A stretch of DNA of 64,000 nt from Deinococcota bacterium (lineage in GTDB: Bacteria; Deinococcota; Deinococci; Deinococcales; Thermaceae), in assembly GCA_041695225.1 (NCBI GenBank), contig JBGFRI010000011.1:1-64000 (forward strand), in the 5' to 3' direction. This document shows positions 20,856-31,167 of the stretch, piece after piece. The notes beneath the pieces were generated by a model, which saw only the letters and a program-made list of their open reading frames with translations, made no database searches and was not told the DNA's origin. Each line of letters opens with the position of its first letter. Within the stretch, counting starts at the first letter, position 1. Made by a program: the position numbers and the translations under genes.

Positions 20856-22679
20856 ATGTACAAGAACCTGCAAGCCTTTGTAAGCGAGCTCGATCGCCGC
20901 AAGGAGCTCATCCGCATCCAGGAGCCGGTCTCCTGCGACCTTGAAATTACCGAAATTGCCGACCGTATGGTCAAGTCGGGCGGCCCTGCACTGTTGTTTA
21001 CTAACGTGCAAGACCGCCGTTTTCCGGTCTTCATCGGCGGCTATGGCACGGCAGAACGCACTGCTTTGGCCATGGGCGTCCAAAGCCTGGACGACCTGGC
21101 CGTGCGGGTAGCCAGCCTGATGAAGCTCAGCCCCGGCAAAGGCGGCCTGAAGGCGGCTCTGGCCATGCTGCCCAAGTTGCGGGAGTTGCGGGGCTTCTTT
21201 CCTCGAAAGGTGCGCGGCGGGCCGGTACAGGAGGTAGTCTGGAAAGGCGAGCAGGTAGACCTCTTTAAACTCCCCATCCTCAAGTGCTGGCCACTGGACG
21301 GCGGCCATTTTATCACCCTGCCGCTGGTGATTACCAAAGACCCCGAGTCTGGCGAACTCAACCTGGGGATGTACCGGATGCAGGTGCTGGACAAGCAGAG
21401 CACCGCCATGCACTGGCAGCTGCACAAGGTTGGGCGCCGGCACTACGACAAGGCCAAACAGCTGGGCCGTCGGCTGGAGGTCGCGGTAGCCCTGGGCGGC
21501 GACCCCATCCTGACCTACGCCGCCACCGCCCCAGTGCCGCCAATTCCTGGCGTAAATGAATTCAATCTGGCCGGGTTTTTGCGGGGCCAGGCGGTCGAGC
21601 TAACCCAGGGCCTCACGGTTGATCTGCCCGTGCCCGCCGAGGCCGAGTTTGTGCTGGAAGGGTATGTAGACCCCGCCGAACACCAGGTGCTAGAGGGGCC
21701 CTTTGGGGACCATACCGGTTTTTACACTCTGGAAGAACCCTACCCCCGCTTTCACATAACTGCAATCACCCACCGTAAAAACGCCATCTATCCTGCCACC
21801 ATTGTGGGTCGGCCTCCCATGGAAGATGCCTATCTTATCGAGGCTTCCGAGCGGCTGTTCCTGCCTGCGGCGCAGCTCATTCTGCCGGAAATCAAGGACT
21901 ACCACATGCCCCCCGCCGGGGTGGCTCACAACTGGGTGAATGTTAGCATCGAGAAACGCTACCCCGGCCAGGGTTACAAGGTTGCTAATGGTCTGTTTGG
22001 GCTGGGTCAGATGATGTTTGCCAAGGTTATAGTGGTGCTGGACCCCGGGGCACCGCTCAAAGGCCCCCAGTCGCTGCAGGCTGCCCTAAAGCACGCTGTG
22101 CCCGGCCGCGATACCCTGGTCTCGCGCGGCCCCATAGACGTTCTGGATCACTCCTCGCGGGCAATGGGCTTTGGGGGCAAGCTAATTATAGATGGCACCG
22201 CCAAGCTGGAAGAAGAAGGCGGTCCGGTTCCCTTTACTCCCAGAGCCCACCAGAGCCTGCCGGGCTTTCCGGGGCTACAACAAAAGCAGCTGCCGGGCAT
22301 CTGGATGGCCACTTTTGAGAAGAACCGCCCGCACCAGGCCAGAGAAATTGCCCAGCACCTGCTGGCGGCTCCCCAGAGTGAGGGTATTCGTCTGATGCTC
22401 TTGACCGATGCCGATACCCGCCTCGAGTTCGACGAGGTGATGTGGGCAGTGCTCAACAACATAGACCCCGAGCGCGACGCCTGGGTGATGCCAGGGGCAG
22501 ACGGTCCCGTACTGGTGCTAGACGGAACCCGCAAGCTAGCCGAGGAGGGCTTTGCCCGCCGCTGGCCGCCCAAAATTGTGATGTCGGCAGAGATCATCCG
22601 GCGGGTGGATGAGCGCTGGAATCGGCTGGGCCTGCCTCCCCTGCCCCCTCAAAGCACCCCTGGTGCCACCCAGGTCTGA
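20856..22679 (+). CDS. UbiD-family decarboxylase (menaquinone/futalosine pathway type)
   Basis: CWPLDGG.FITLP, NLGMYRMQ, EGPFGDHTGFY, IVGRPPMED; start at MYKNLQ. Confidence 0.92.
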   Translation: MYKNLQAFVSELDRRKELIRIQEPVSCDLEITEIADRMVKSGGPALLFTNVQDRRFPVFIGGYGTAERTALAMGVQSLDDLAVRVASLMKLSPGKGGLKAALAMLPKLRELRGFFPRKVRGGPVQEVVWKGEQVDLFKLPILKCWPLDGGHFITLPLVITKDPESGELNLGMYRMQVLDKQSTAMHWQLHKVGRRHYDKAKQLGRRLEVAVALGGDPILTYAATAPVPPIPGVNEFNLAGFLRGQAVELTQGLTVDLPVPAEAEFVLEGYVDPAEHQVLEGPFGDHTGFYTLEEPYPRFHITAITHRKNAIYPATIVGRPPMEDAYLIEASERLFLPAAQLILPEIKDYHMPPAGVAHNWVNVSIEKRYPGQGYKVANGLFGLGQMMFAKVIVVLDPGAPLKGPQSLQAALKHAVPGRDTLVSRGPIDVLDHSSRAMGFGGKLIIDGTAKLEEEGGPVPFTPRAHQSLPGFPGLQQKQLPGIWMATFEKNRPHQAREIAQHLLAAPQSEGIRLMLLTDADTRLEFDEVMWAVLNNIDPERDAWVMPGADGPVLVLDGTRKLAEEGFARRWPPKIVMSAEIIRRVDERWNRLGLPPLPPQSTPGATQV

Positions 22680-22693
22680 CTGAAACCTGATTG

Positions 22694-23596
22694 CTATACC
22701 TCTCCGACCTCGAGGGCCGCGGTCAGTGCAGCTCCCAGCAGCCCGGCCTCGTTACCCAGCTTTGCCAGGTGTACCGGCGGGGTAATCCAGCCTTCCAGGT
22801 AGCGCTGGTAGGTGTGTGTCACCTCGGCCAGATAGGCTGGCCCTGCGTTGAGGGCAATACCGCCGCCCAGCACGATTACCTCGGGGTCGTAGCACTTGAC
22901 CAGCGAGGCCAGGGCCACGCCCACCCAGCCAGCCGCCTGCAAAACGATGCGGCTGGCCCGGGGGTGATCTTGCTGGAAAAGGCCAAACAGCTCGCGGGTG
23001 CCCATCTGACGGTTAAACGAGGCCAGGGCCATGCGCTCCATTGCCGGGCCGGTGACCAGGGCCTCGAGGCAGCCATCCAGCCCGCAGCCGCAAAACGGGC
23101 CGCCGGGCTGCATGGTGATGTGTCCGATCTCGGCACCCTGTCCGTTGGCGCCGCGCAGCACCTTGTTGCCCCAGACAAACCCGCCCCCTACTCCGGTCGA
23201 AACGGTCATAAACAGGGTGCTCTGGGCGCCCTTAGCCGCGCCCAACAGGTGCTCGGCCAGCGCAGCCGCATTGGCGTCATTTTCCATGAAAACCCGGTAT
23301 CCGGTGGCCTGCTCTAGCAGGGACTGGATGGGAAAGTTGGTGAAGTTAGCGATATTGGGGGTAAACTTGATCAGGCCCTGTCTGAAGTCGAGCGGCCCTG
23401 GCGTACCCAGGCCAATGGCCTTTATCTCTACCCCAGCGGCATCCATGGCGGCCCTGGTGGCCTGGGCCATGGCCTCGATCACAGCCTGACCGCCTTCCTC
23501 GGGGGTTGGTAGCGCGACCCTGGCCTGGATGGAGCCCTGGCTAAACACCCCCGCCAAAATCTTAGTGCCACCCAGGTCAATTCCCACCACGCTCAT
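22694..23596 (-). CDS. ROK family kinase (glucokinase)
   Basis: IDLGGTK, ENDANAAALAE, EIGH...CGCG..GCLE. Confidence 0.92.
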   Translation of the reverse strand: MSVVGIDLGGTKILAGVFSQGSIQARVALPTPEEGGQAVIEAMAQATRAAMDAAGVEIKAIGLGTPGPLDFRQGLIKFTPNIANFTNFPIQSLLEQATGYRVFMENDANAAALAEHLLGAAKGAQSTLFMTVSTGVGGGFVWGNKVLRGANGQGAEIGHITMQPGGPFCGCGLDGCLEALVTGPAMERMALASFNRQMGTRELFGLFQQDHPRASRIVLQAAGWVGVALASLVKCYDPEVIVLGGGIALNAGPAYLAEVTHTYQRYLEGWITPPVHLAKLGNEAGLLGAALTAALEVGEV

Positions 23597-23895
23597 GGGG
23601 GCTCCCCCTGGTGGTCGCGCTCGACAACCACCACCGCTTCATCGTGCAAAATCTCGGGTACCCAGAGGCTCACGTGCCCGGTATAGGTGCCCATGTAGGC
23701 TTCCGGCAGGCTTACGCTGGTAAAGGGGGTCTCGAGGTGTACCGGAATACCGCTCTGCACCAGCCTGGCCTTTATACCTTCGGCCACGAAGCGGGGCGCC
23801 GAGAGAAAGAGCACATGCCATACCTGCCCGATCAAACGACGGGGGGGCTGGCTAAGGTCCGGGCTGTCTGCGTCGCTGGGGGGCTGGTCGTTCAT
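23593..23895 (-). CDS. Hypothetical protein (DUF2007-like)
   Basis: AE.IKARL..SGIPV pattern; 4-bp overlap with kinase. Confidence 0.55.
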   Translation of the reverse strand: MNDQPPSDADSPDLSQPPRRLIGQVWHVLFLSAPRFVAEGIKARLVQSGIPVHLETPFTSVSLPEAYMGTYTGHVSLWVPEILHDEAVVVVERDHQGEPP

Positions 23896-23972
23896 TGGCT
23901 ACCAGCATAACAGCCCGAGCAAGAAAGATGGTTTTGTAGGGGCGCTTTTCCGCTAAGCTGGGAGATAGAGAT

Positions 23973-25058
23973 ATGCTAGCCCAAGTACGCACCTATAGTC
24001 TGTTTGGCCTCGAGGCCCAGCCCATCACGGTGGAGGTAGATGTCTCGCAGGGCATGCCTTTTTACGCTGTGGTGGGGCTGCCCGACAAGGCCGTGGAGGA
24101 GTCGCGTGAGCGGGTGCGCGCCGCCCTCAAGAATGCTGGTTTTCCCTACCCGCAGGGCCGGGTAGTGATCAACCTGGCTCCAGCAGAACTCCGCAAGGAA
24201 GGCACCCATTACGACCTGCCCATCGCCCTGGGCCTGCTGGGCGCCCAAGGGACCCTCCCGCTGGAAGCCCTGCAGGGTTTTGCTGCGGCCGGCGAGCTGG
24301 GGCTGGATGGCGAGCTACGCCCGGTTCCAGGTGCAGTAAACCTGGCCTTGGGAGCACTGCAAAACCACTACAAACTGCTCATGCCCCAGACTTCTGCCGC
24401 AGAAGCCGCCCTTATTGAGGGGGTAAAGGTATATGGTGCAGCCAACCTGGCCCAGTTAGTGCGGTTTTTGCTGGGCCAGGAAGACTTATTCGAGGCCCGC
24501 CCCAGCGATGGGTTAGAGCACCCAGAAAGTTCGCTCGACCTGCTCGACGTGAAGGGCCAGGCCAAGGCCAAGCGGGCCCTGGAGATTGCCGCAGCGGGTG
24601 CCCACCACCTGCTCATGATCGGAACCCCCGGATCGGGCAAAACCATGCTGGCCAAGCGGGTGGTGGGCCTGCTTCCGCCGCTCTCGAGCCAGGAAGCCCT
24701 GGAGGTGACGCGCATTCACTCTGCCGCCGGGCGCATGCTGCGCGGCCTGATCCAGAGGCCCCAGTTCCGTAGCCCCCATCACACCGTCTCCGACGCCGGT
24801 CTGATTGGGGGTGGCACCATCCCCAAGCCCGGTGAGATTTCACTAGCCCACCGGGGAGTCTTGTTCCTCGACGAGTTCCCCGAGTTTTCCCGCGATGCCC
24901 TGGAAGTGCTGCGCCAGCCCCTCGAGGATGGCGTGGTGACCATTTCCCGGGCCCGGGCCAGCTTCACCTACCCGGCCAAGTTCCTGCTGATTGCTGCTAT
25001 GAATCCCTGCCCGTGTGGAGTGCAATCGATACAAACCGGTAACGTATCTCAGCCCTGA
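23973..25058 (+). pseudogene. comM: ComM/YifB Mg-chelatase-like ATPase, 5' part, interrupted by element insertion
   Basis: [39 protein letters not shown]; similarity stops right after MNPCPCG (~25019); C-terminal SGPLLDR part not seen in window. Confidence 0.92.
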
Positions 25059-26517
25059 TCCCGCCGCCATTCTCGGCTGGGTACACCGTGATCCGCTCTA
25101 CCAGCTCCCTTGCAATGGATTGTCTTTCTTCCGGGGAAAGTTGGTCAATGTTTTCCCTCACACGGGCTGACAGGCTTTCAAGGGTAGCAAGGGATTCCCT
25201 ACGGGTTTTTTCTTCCAGTTCTTTGCGACGCGCCTCATCATATGCAGCCTGTATATCTTTGATGCGCCCCTCGAGTTCTTCAATCCGGGAATAGTAGACA
25301 TCTTTGTTTACGCCCCCTTCCAGGTACAGATCGAGCAGACGAGACCTGGCCATAATCAGAGATTCCAGGCGGCGTTCCAGTAAGGACACTTCGCTTTCGC
25401 GAACCGTGTCCTGGTTAAGGAAAGCGTTTAAGGCCTCGCCAGGATTCTGCAAAAAGCCTTTTATATCGTTCCAGACTATCTCTTCTATCTCCTTACCTCG
25501 AACGTGGGGGGCTTTACATCTCGTTGAAGTAGCTGAAGTTGCCTGGCGGTTCGCTCTTCCAACGCAGGCGTAATAGAACCGTACTGTGTTAAAGGAACCT
25601 ATATATGTGCGCCCACATTGGCCGCACCGTATAAGTCCCTTGAGCAAATACACATGACGGTTGTTACGAGCAGCAAAGCGCATGTTTTGCTCCAGCCTGA
25701 CCTGTACTGCCTCAAAAAGAGCAGGATCAATGACAGGGGGTACCGTAACAGTGATGAGTTCAGGTTGTGGCTTGCTGGTACGCTTCCCATATGTGTACTC
25801 TCCTATGTAGGTACGGTTGTTCAAAATGCGAAGTACGCCTCCGCCTCGCCATACACCAGCTGTGCGTTTTCCCCGAACCCCCCTACCTTCTGAGCGGTAC
25901 TTTGTCGGAACTCCAAGACGGTTGAGTTCCTCAGCGACGCGATTGGTGCTCCATCCCTTTTCAGCGACCCAGGTAAACATCTGCGCAACTACTGCTGCTT
26001 CGTCCGGGTGGAGAGCCAGTCGGCTGTTTTCAACTGTGTAGCCATAAGGTACGACACCGCCAAAATACTTTCCCATCCTGATTGCCTTGCGGATTCCGAG
26101 GCGGCTTCTTTCGGCAAAAGTGTCGCGTTCCCACTCGGCAAAGACGGCCATGATACCGAGAACTGCCTTGCCGATAGGAGTTGTGGTATTGATATTGGGT
26201 TCAGCATAGGACATGAGACCAACACCCGCGTTTTCCAGGCGCTCAATCAGGTCATAGGCCAGACGAACCTTACGGGCTAAGCGGTCCAGGCGGTAAATCA
26301 AAAGAACATCAAAACGGCGGTCCTTTGCATCAGCAAGCAGCCGGTTGAGCCCGGGCCGATCCTCCAGGGCTCCTGAGTAACCGGGGTCAATGTAAGTGTC
26401 AACTACCTCGTGGCCGAGAGCCTCAGCCCAGCGGGTAAGTACCTCCCGCTGAGTTTCCAACGAGTACCTTTCAACCTGCTCTTCGGTAGATACCCGGGTG
26501 TAGATGGCGCATTTCAT
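24997..26517 (-). CDS. Large serine recombinase (integrase)
   Basis: YTRVSTEEQ catalytic Ser, RLDRLAR, recombinase domain, CGQCG Zn-ribbon, coiled coil. Confidence 0.96.
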   Translation of the reverse strand: MKCAIYTRVSTEEQVERYSLETQREVLTRWAEALGHEVVDTYIDPGYSGALEDRPGLNRLLADAKDRRFDVLLIYRLDRLARKVRLAYDLIERLENAGVGLMSYAEPNINTTTPIGKAVLGIMAVFAEWERDTFAERSRLGIRKAIRMGKYFGGVVPYGYTVENSRLALHPDEAAVVAQMFTWVAEKGWSTNRVAEELNRLGVPTKYRSEGRGVRGKRTAGVWRGGGVLRILNNRTYIGEYTYGKRTSKPQPELITVTVPPVIDPALFEAVQVRLEQNMRFAARNNRHVYLLKGLIRCGQCGRTYIGSFNTVRFYYACVGRANRQATSATSTRCKAPHVRGKEIEEIVWNDIKGFLQNPGEALNAFLNQDTVRESEVSLLERRLESLIMARSRLLDLYLEGGVNKDVYYSRIEELEGRIKDIQAAYDEARRKELEEKTRRESLATLESLSARVRENIDQLSPEERQSIARELVERITVYPAENGGGIRAEIRYRFVSIALHTGRDS

Positions 26518-27215
26518 AGGTGTCGGATTTCAGAGTGAATGGGACCAACAACCTGAGGGCGCAATCGGGAGAAACTTCCTGCGACCTCAAGGGCCCCATC
26601 CGGTCCTAACCAGTAGACCTGACCTGCGCCACTTGCCGGACGCAGCAGGGTGAGCTCCAGGTTGTATCGCCAGCGGAAAACCATGGGCTGTCTGGCCTCA
26701 GCAAGGTAGCAAAGGGCCAGCTTATCTTCAGTGAAGCCGCCACGTTCAATAATCAGCCAGGAACCAGTGCTGAGAGGTATGTTCTCAGTTACAAGCACTG
26801 GGGGATCATTGATTCCTTGCGTGAAAGGAGCAAGTAGAAGGTTTTCAACTTTACCCGTTGAGGGCAGAACACGGGGATCCAGATACCCTGACGAAGCCCC
26901 TTCTCCAACACAGGCTGCGCTCAAAGTCTGGAAGGTCGGTATCTCGATAGTTCCACCGCCAATCATAGCGGTATAGCTACTCAGCCCTAGCTCCTCGGGG
27001 GTTATGCGTAGAATTCGCATAAGGGCCATTAGGCGGCCCATGCTCATGTCTCTGGGATCGTGCATCCCTCGCTCAATCTTGGCAATCAGGGATGGCGATA
27101 AATCGGCTTCCCGAGCAAGACGCTCGCGGGAAAGGTTCAACGCACCGCGCTTCTTCAGAAAAAGTTTTGCCCACGATTGCGCAGATTCATCATCCCGAAA
27201 ACTTGTCTTAGGCAT
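26514..27215 (-). CDS. XRE-family HTH repressor
   Basis: LSRERLAREADLSPSLIAKIERG HTH; 4-bp overlap with integrase. Confidence 0.85.
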   Translation of the reverse strand: MPKTSFRDDESAQSWAKLFLKKRGALNLSRERLAREADLSPSLIAKIERGMHDPRDMSMGRLMALMRILRITPEELGLSSYTAMIGGGTIEIPTFQTLSAACVGEGASSGYLDPRVLPSTGKVENLLLAPFTQGINDPPVLVTENIPLSTGSWLIIERGGFTEDKLALCYLAEARQPMVFRWRYNLELTLLRPASGAGQVYWLGPDGALEVAGSFSRLRPQVVGPIHSEIRHL

Positions 27216-27222
27216 AGGTCTT

Positions 27223-27271
27223 ACTATATTACCCTAACTATCTTGCATTCCATGTGGTAATACGGTATGGT
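27223..27271. promoter_or_regulatory. Divergent promoter/operator region of the switch
   Basis: + strand TTGCAT(27243)-17bp-TATGGT(27266) 6 nt before ATG; - strand TATAGT 7 nt before repressor ATG; inverted GGTAATA(T/C)(A/G)GT boxes at 27223-27233 and 27256-27266. Confidence 0.65.
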
Positions 27272-27277
27272 CTATAC

Positions 27278-27526
27278 ATGAATACAGTGCTTCGCTTGTT
27301 GAGACAGAGAGTTGGCTTGAGTGTCGAAAAGCTGGCACAGGAGGCGGGTATCAATGTTTCGCTGATGACTAAGTACGACCGGGGGGACGTTCGCAGCCCT
27401 TCGTTGGTAGTTAGCTACAAACTGGTCCGGGCTCTCGCTCCCCGACTCGGTATGAGCGAGGCAGAGCTTCTAGTCGAAATTGCCAGGGAGTTTGAATGCC
27501 ACGACATCGCCAGACGCTCACGGTAG
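27278..27526 (+). CDS. Small XRE/Cro-like HTH protein
   Basis: LRQRVGLSVEKLAQEAGINVSLMTKYDRG.VRSPS; divergent from repressor. Confidence 0.85.
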   Translation: MNTVLRLLRQRVGLSVEKLAQEAGINVSLMTKYDRGDVRSPSLVVSYKLVRALAPRLGMSEAELLVEIAREFECHDIARRSR

Positions 27527-27544
27527 TGCGCCTGTACAGCATAA

Positions 27545-28024
27545 ATGGAGAGTTTTCACATTTTCTGGCTCGATCTCTGCAAATCGCGCTACGGTTGCAC
27601 AGCGACCAGAGTGCGCGTAGCGCACTATCTTGCGGAACGTATGGCAAAGCAAAAAAGGGACGTTTACACATTAATGCCGGAATCGAAGCAGGTTGCACTG
27701 TCGTTGCCGAGGGGCATGGTGGAAAAACTGATTAGCGAGATGCAGCAGCTGCTCACGGCCCTACCGACGACAAAGAACGTTGAGATTGGGCGGGAGATCA
27801 ACACTGGCCTGCTCCATCCCCTCACCTTGCTACCAGACCGCCTGCAGGACGTGCTACGGGCTGCACCTCGCGCTGAGTGGGAGATACACGACCAGGGCAT
27901 TGAGGTCGAAACCCGGCTGCGAGTAATGCCTGGTATGGCCTTTCTACAAGCGACTTTATGGCGCGAGGACAGCCTGGAAATCTTGGAGCACGAGATGGCA
28001 CTTGACCTGCTCGAGGACCCATGA
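27545..28024 (+). CDS. Hypothetical protein
   Basis: Long ORF in operon, ATGA overlap with next gene; start uncertain. Confidence 0.55.
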   Translation: MESFHIFWLDLCKSRYGCTATRVRVAHYLAERMAKQKRDVYTLMPESKQVALSLPRGMVEKLISEMQQLLTALPTTKNVEIGREINTGLLHPLTLLPDRLQDVLRAAPRAEWEIHDQGIEVETRLRVMPGMAFLQATLWREDSLEILEHEMALDLLEDP

Positions 28025-28938
28025 GCATCTCAGATCCCCTTACCCAGGCTATTGACCAGACTGATCTGCCTGCTCTGGTAGCTCACCTCTGGCCTGAGTC
28101 CGGGGCTATTCCAGGCAGGCCCGGCCTCTACCGGGCAGTCTGGCGCGGGGATAGATCGCCCTCGCTGAGCCTTTTCCGCAAAGGCGGGAACGGGATCTGG
28201 CTGTGGCGGGATTTCAGCACCGGACAGAGCGGGAATGCTCTGCATCTATTGCAGGTCGCGGCGGGAATGAGTCGGGCTGAGGCGGCCAGTTTCCTGAAGG
28301 GCTTTACGGTTGGGGCCACACTTAGTGAGCGCCGGGTAGAGCACAAGGGTGTGGCCAGGGTGCTCAGTCCGATCAGTGAAGATCAGCTAAGGAAACTACA
28401 ACACTCGCAACAGCGCCTTACCAGAGAGGCTCTGAAAGGGCGGGGTATTACTCTGGCCCAGGCCCGGGAAGTAGGGCTGGGCGAAAGCCCCTACGGCCTG
28501 ATTATCCCCATACTGGGAGCAGACGGCAGCATTCAGGCGATCAAATGCCGCTTGAAACAACCGCGAAATCACCGCTATGTGTACCTGACCCCAGGGAGGG
28601 GTGTACCGCCCTGGTTCAGTCCAGGGTTTGGACTGGAGCCAGGACGACCTGTCCTGGTAGTTGAGGGCGAGCTCAACGGCATCGCCAGCTGGTTCTCCCT
28701 GGACCGGCGGTGGGATGTTATCGGGGTAGCTGGGGTGGAAGGGGATGTTCCTGTTATCAGCGGTCGGCCAGTACATGTCCTTGCGGATGGGGATACAGCA
28801 GGGCAGGCCTGGGCCGGAAGTTGGAGCAACGCCAGGATACTGCCACCCCTGCCCGACGGACTCGATGCCTGTGAGTACGCCAACAAATATGGCCTGGCCA
28901 GGTTGGGACATTATATATGCGGCAATTCTTGCGACTAA
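28021..28938 (+). CDS. TOPRIM-domain primase-like protein
   Basis: DnaG-like N-terminus (DRSPSLSL..WRDF.TG.SGN); VLVVEGELNG, ADGDTAG, DACE TOPRIM motifs. Confidence 0.8.
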   Translation: MSISDPLTQAIDQTDLPALVAHLWPESGAIPGRPGLYRAVWRGDRSPSLSLFRKGGNGIWLWRDFSTGQSGNALHLLQVAAGMSRAEAASFLKGFTVGATLSERRVEHKGVARVLSPISEDQLRKLQHSQQRLTREALKGRGITLAQAREVGLGESPYGLIIPILGADGSIQAIKCRLKQPRNHRYVYLTPGRGVPPWFSPGFGLEPGRPVLVVEGELNGIASWFSLDRRWDVIGVAGVEGDVPVISGRPVHVLADGDTAGQAWAGSWSNARILPPLPDGLDACEYANKYGLARLGHYICGNSCD

Positions 28939-29657
28939 AGGGATCTCCCCATGAACAGGCCCGGCCAGACTACGTGATCCCGGGCCTCGCCGTGGGCACG
29001 GTGGGTGCTCTGATCGGGACGGGGGGACTGGGCAAGAGCCTCCTGGCATTGCAGATCGCTGCTGCGGTCGCCGGGGGGCAGAACGGCCTGGGGCTGGTAG
29101 AGGGCCCTTCTGGGCGGGCCGTCATCCTTAACGGCGAAGACCCGATTGCAGTGCTGCGGGAGAGACTGGACACCATCCGGCAGCAACTGACGCCGGTTGT
29201 GCAAGAGGTAGTCCATAAGCATCTGCTGGTGGTGGCTGGTACTGGCAACCTGCTCGATAAGCGCTGGCGAGAGGAAACCAATCAACTGGTAGGCCAGGCG
29301 CGCCTCGTAGTCATCGATACCCTTCAGTGCTTCCACAGCCTGGACGAGAACAGCAGCTACGACATGGCCAGGGTAGTGAGGGCGATGCGGGAGATTGCCA
29401 GAACTACCGGGGCCGCTATCCTTTTCATCCACCACACCAACAAACATTTACCAGGTGACGCGCAGCAGGCCATCCGGGGCAGCAGCCTTCTGACCGATAG
29501 CACACGATTCCAGATGAACCTGAGCAAAAACGGACAGGGAGTGGTGCGGCTCACTTTCAGCAAAGTGAACTATGCGGCTCCCAGAGTGATGATGCTGCGA
29601 TATGAACAGGGGGTTTTCGTTGAGGCAAGCCACCGTCCAGCCGAGAAAAAAGCGTAG
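28917..29657 (+). CDS. repA: RepA-family replicative helicase (IncQ RepA/AAA_25-like)
   Basis: DYVIPGLAVGTVGALIGTGGLGKSLLALQIAAAVAGG, VIDTL..FH.LDEN, HHTNK, RGSS.L.D..R. Confidence 0.85.
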   Translation: MRQFLRLKGSPHEQARPDYVIPGLAVGTVGALIGTGGLGKSLLALQIAAAVAGGQNGLGLVEGPSGRAVILNGEDPIAVLRERLDTIRQQLTPVVQEVVHKHLLVVAGTGNLLDKRWREETNQLVGQARLVVIDTLQCFHSLDENSSYDMARVVRAMREIARTTGAAILFIHHTNKHLPGDAQQAIRGSSLLTDSTRFQMNLSKNGQGVVRLTFSKVNYAAPRVMMLRYEQGVFVEASHRPAEKKA

Positions 29658-30471
29658 GATACACTTCGGCAAACACGACAAAAGCCACTGCCTGGCCGAC
29701 GGACTTTTCAAAAGTCTATCCAGGGGTGAAAGAGCCAGGCTCGATGTCTACCACGAGACCAAGGATTACCGGGTACGCTTCGTAGGCTTCGAGGCTCTCG
29801 GCGCGGATGATCTCAGGGTGCTGCAAACCCTGGTAGCCCTCGCTAGTCAGCGCAGCAATCGGATGCTACTAACCAACCGGCCTGAGACACCTATAGGTCA
29901 GGAACTCTACAAACTGTTGTGGATCAAGGGAAACCACATGGACAGCATTGTTTTAGAGCAGAGCATCCGAAGGATTCTCAACGAGATGGGCGAGCCGGTA
30001 AGCGGGAGACGGGCCAGCCTGCTCAAAAACTCACTGCTACGGATGTCCAATGTAACCGTGGCCGTGGAGGGACGCCGCCACATGGCTACCTTTCACCTGC
30101 TAAGGTTTGCCCTCGACAAAGAATCAGAGGGTCTTTACATTGTTCTAAACCCGCTTATCACAAACGCAGTTCTGGGTACGGGGAACGGATATGTTCGCAT
30201 AGACATGGGTGAGGTACGGGCCTTGAAAACCGACCCCGCGAGGCTTATCCACCAGCACCTGTGCGGCTGGCTAGACCTGGGGAAGGAAGGGATGGTCGGA
30301 ATTGAACAACTGTTGATATATGTATGGGGCAGAAGAGCGGAAGTCACCAACCGTAAAACCATGCACTGGCGCAAACAACGTATTCAGGAAGCATTGCAGG
30401 AGATAAAAGCGCTTGGCTGGAAGGTAGAGACAACCGGGACAGAACAGTGGCATATCAGGCGTCCTGGATAA
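29602..30471 (+). CDS. repC: IncQ-type replication initiator RepC
   Basis: HD..HCLADGLFKSL.RGER, EALGADDLRVLQ.LVA, RIDMGEVRALKTDPARLIHQHLCGW resemble RSF1010 RepC. Confidence 0.85.
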   Translation: MNRGFSLRQATVQPRKKRRIHFGKHDKSHCLADGLFKSLSRGERARLDVYHETKDYRVRFVGFEALGADDLRVLQTLVALASQRSNRMLLTNRPETPIGQELYKLLWIKGNHMDSIVLEQSIRRILNEMGEPVSGRRASLLKNSLLRMSNVTVAVEGRRHMATFHLLRFALDKESEGLYIVLNPLITNAVLGTGNGYVRIDMGEVRALKTDPARLIHQHLCGWLDLGKEGMVGIEQLLIYVWGRRAEVTNRKTMHWRKQRIQEALQEIKALGWKVETTGTEQWHIRRPG

Positions 30472-30493
30472 TATTCTGGGCACAGGAGAGGGT

Positions 30494-30790
30494 GTGTACT
30501 TTCGCCAGACGCCGGGCTTGAGAAGTCTTTGCAGGACCCAGGCACATGAGTCTCTTACGCCCAGATCACTAACCAGCAATAGCCACCCTGGGGGGCGTGT
30601 ACTTTCGCCAGACAAAGCGTGTACTTTCACCAGACAAAGCGTGTACTTTCACCAGACATGCCAGATCGAAAAGCAACGTGCAGAACAACACAAACTGCCT
30701 TGCACAAAAACCTATCAATTAATTATCAATATTAATCAAAGGAAAAATCCTCGGAAGAAAAAATGTTATGTTGTCAGCATAACAGTATGG
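30494..30790 (+). repeat. Iteron-containing origin (oriV candidate)
   Basis: Three tandem 22-mers GCGTGTACTTTCRCCAGACAWR at 30595-30660, a partial copy at 30494-30510, AT-rich tract ~30705-30785. Confidence 0.85.
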
Positions 30791-30819
30791 CTGCATAATG
30801 AGATGAAGGAGGGGACAGG

Positions 30820-31167
30820 GTGCTGCTACGTCCACGGTCAAAGAGGGTTGCGATCTCGATCCGAACGCCACCGGGCGAGCTGATCCTGAGCGCGTTTTTT
30901 TCTTCCGGGGAGGAGCTTTATCTGTCCCGTCCAATCGAAGCAGGGAGAGAAGTCTATCGGGAGCTTCGCATCAAGGAGAAAGAAGGCTGGAGGACGCTCT
31001 ATGAGGTTGTAGCAGAAACGGCTTTCGAACGATATTTGCTCTTGAGTCGGGTTGATTTTGAGCGCACAATGGAAGGTAAGCAGGTGCGCTACACCTGGCG
31101 GATGGGTAGTAATCGAGGAGTGAAGGACAGGGAGGTGGATCGGTCTGATACTGAAGCTCAACGGTGA
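30820..31167 (+). CDS. Hypothetical protein
   Basis: AAGGAGG RBS before GTG. Confidence 0.55.
   Translation: MLLRPRSKRVAISIRTPPGELILSAFFSSGEELYLSRPIEAGREVYRELRIKEKEGWRTLYEVVAETAFERYLLLSRVDFERTMEGKQVRYTWRMGSNRGVKDREVDRSDTEAQR

Noticed and set aside
30595..30660. CRISPR array
   Set aside because: Repeats are contiguous with no spacers and follow repC; no cas genes; iterons fit better
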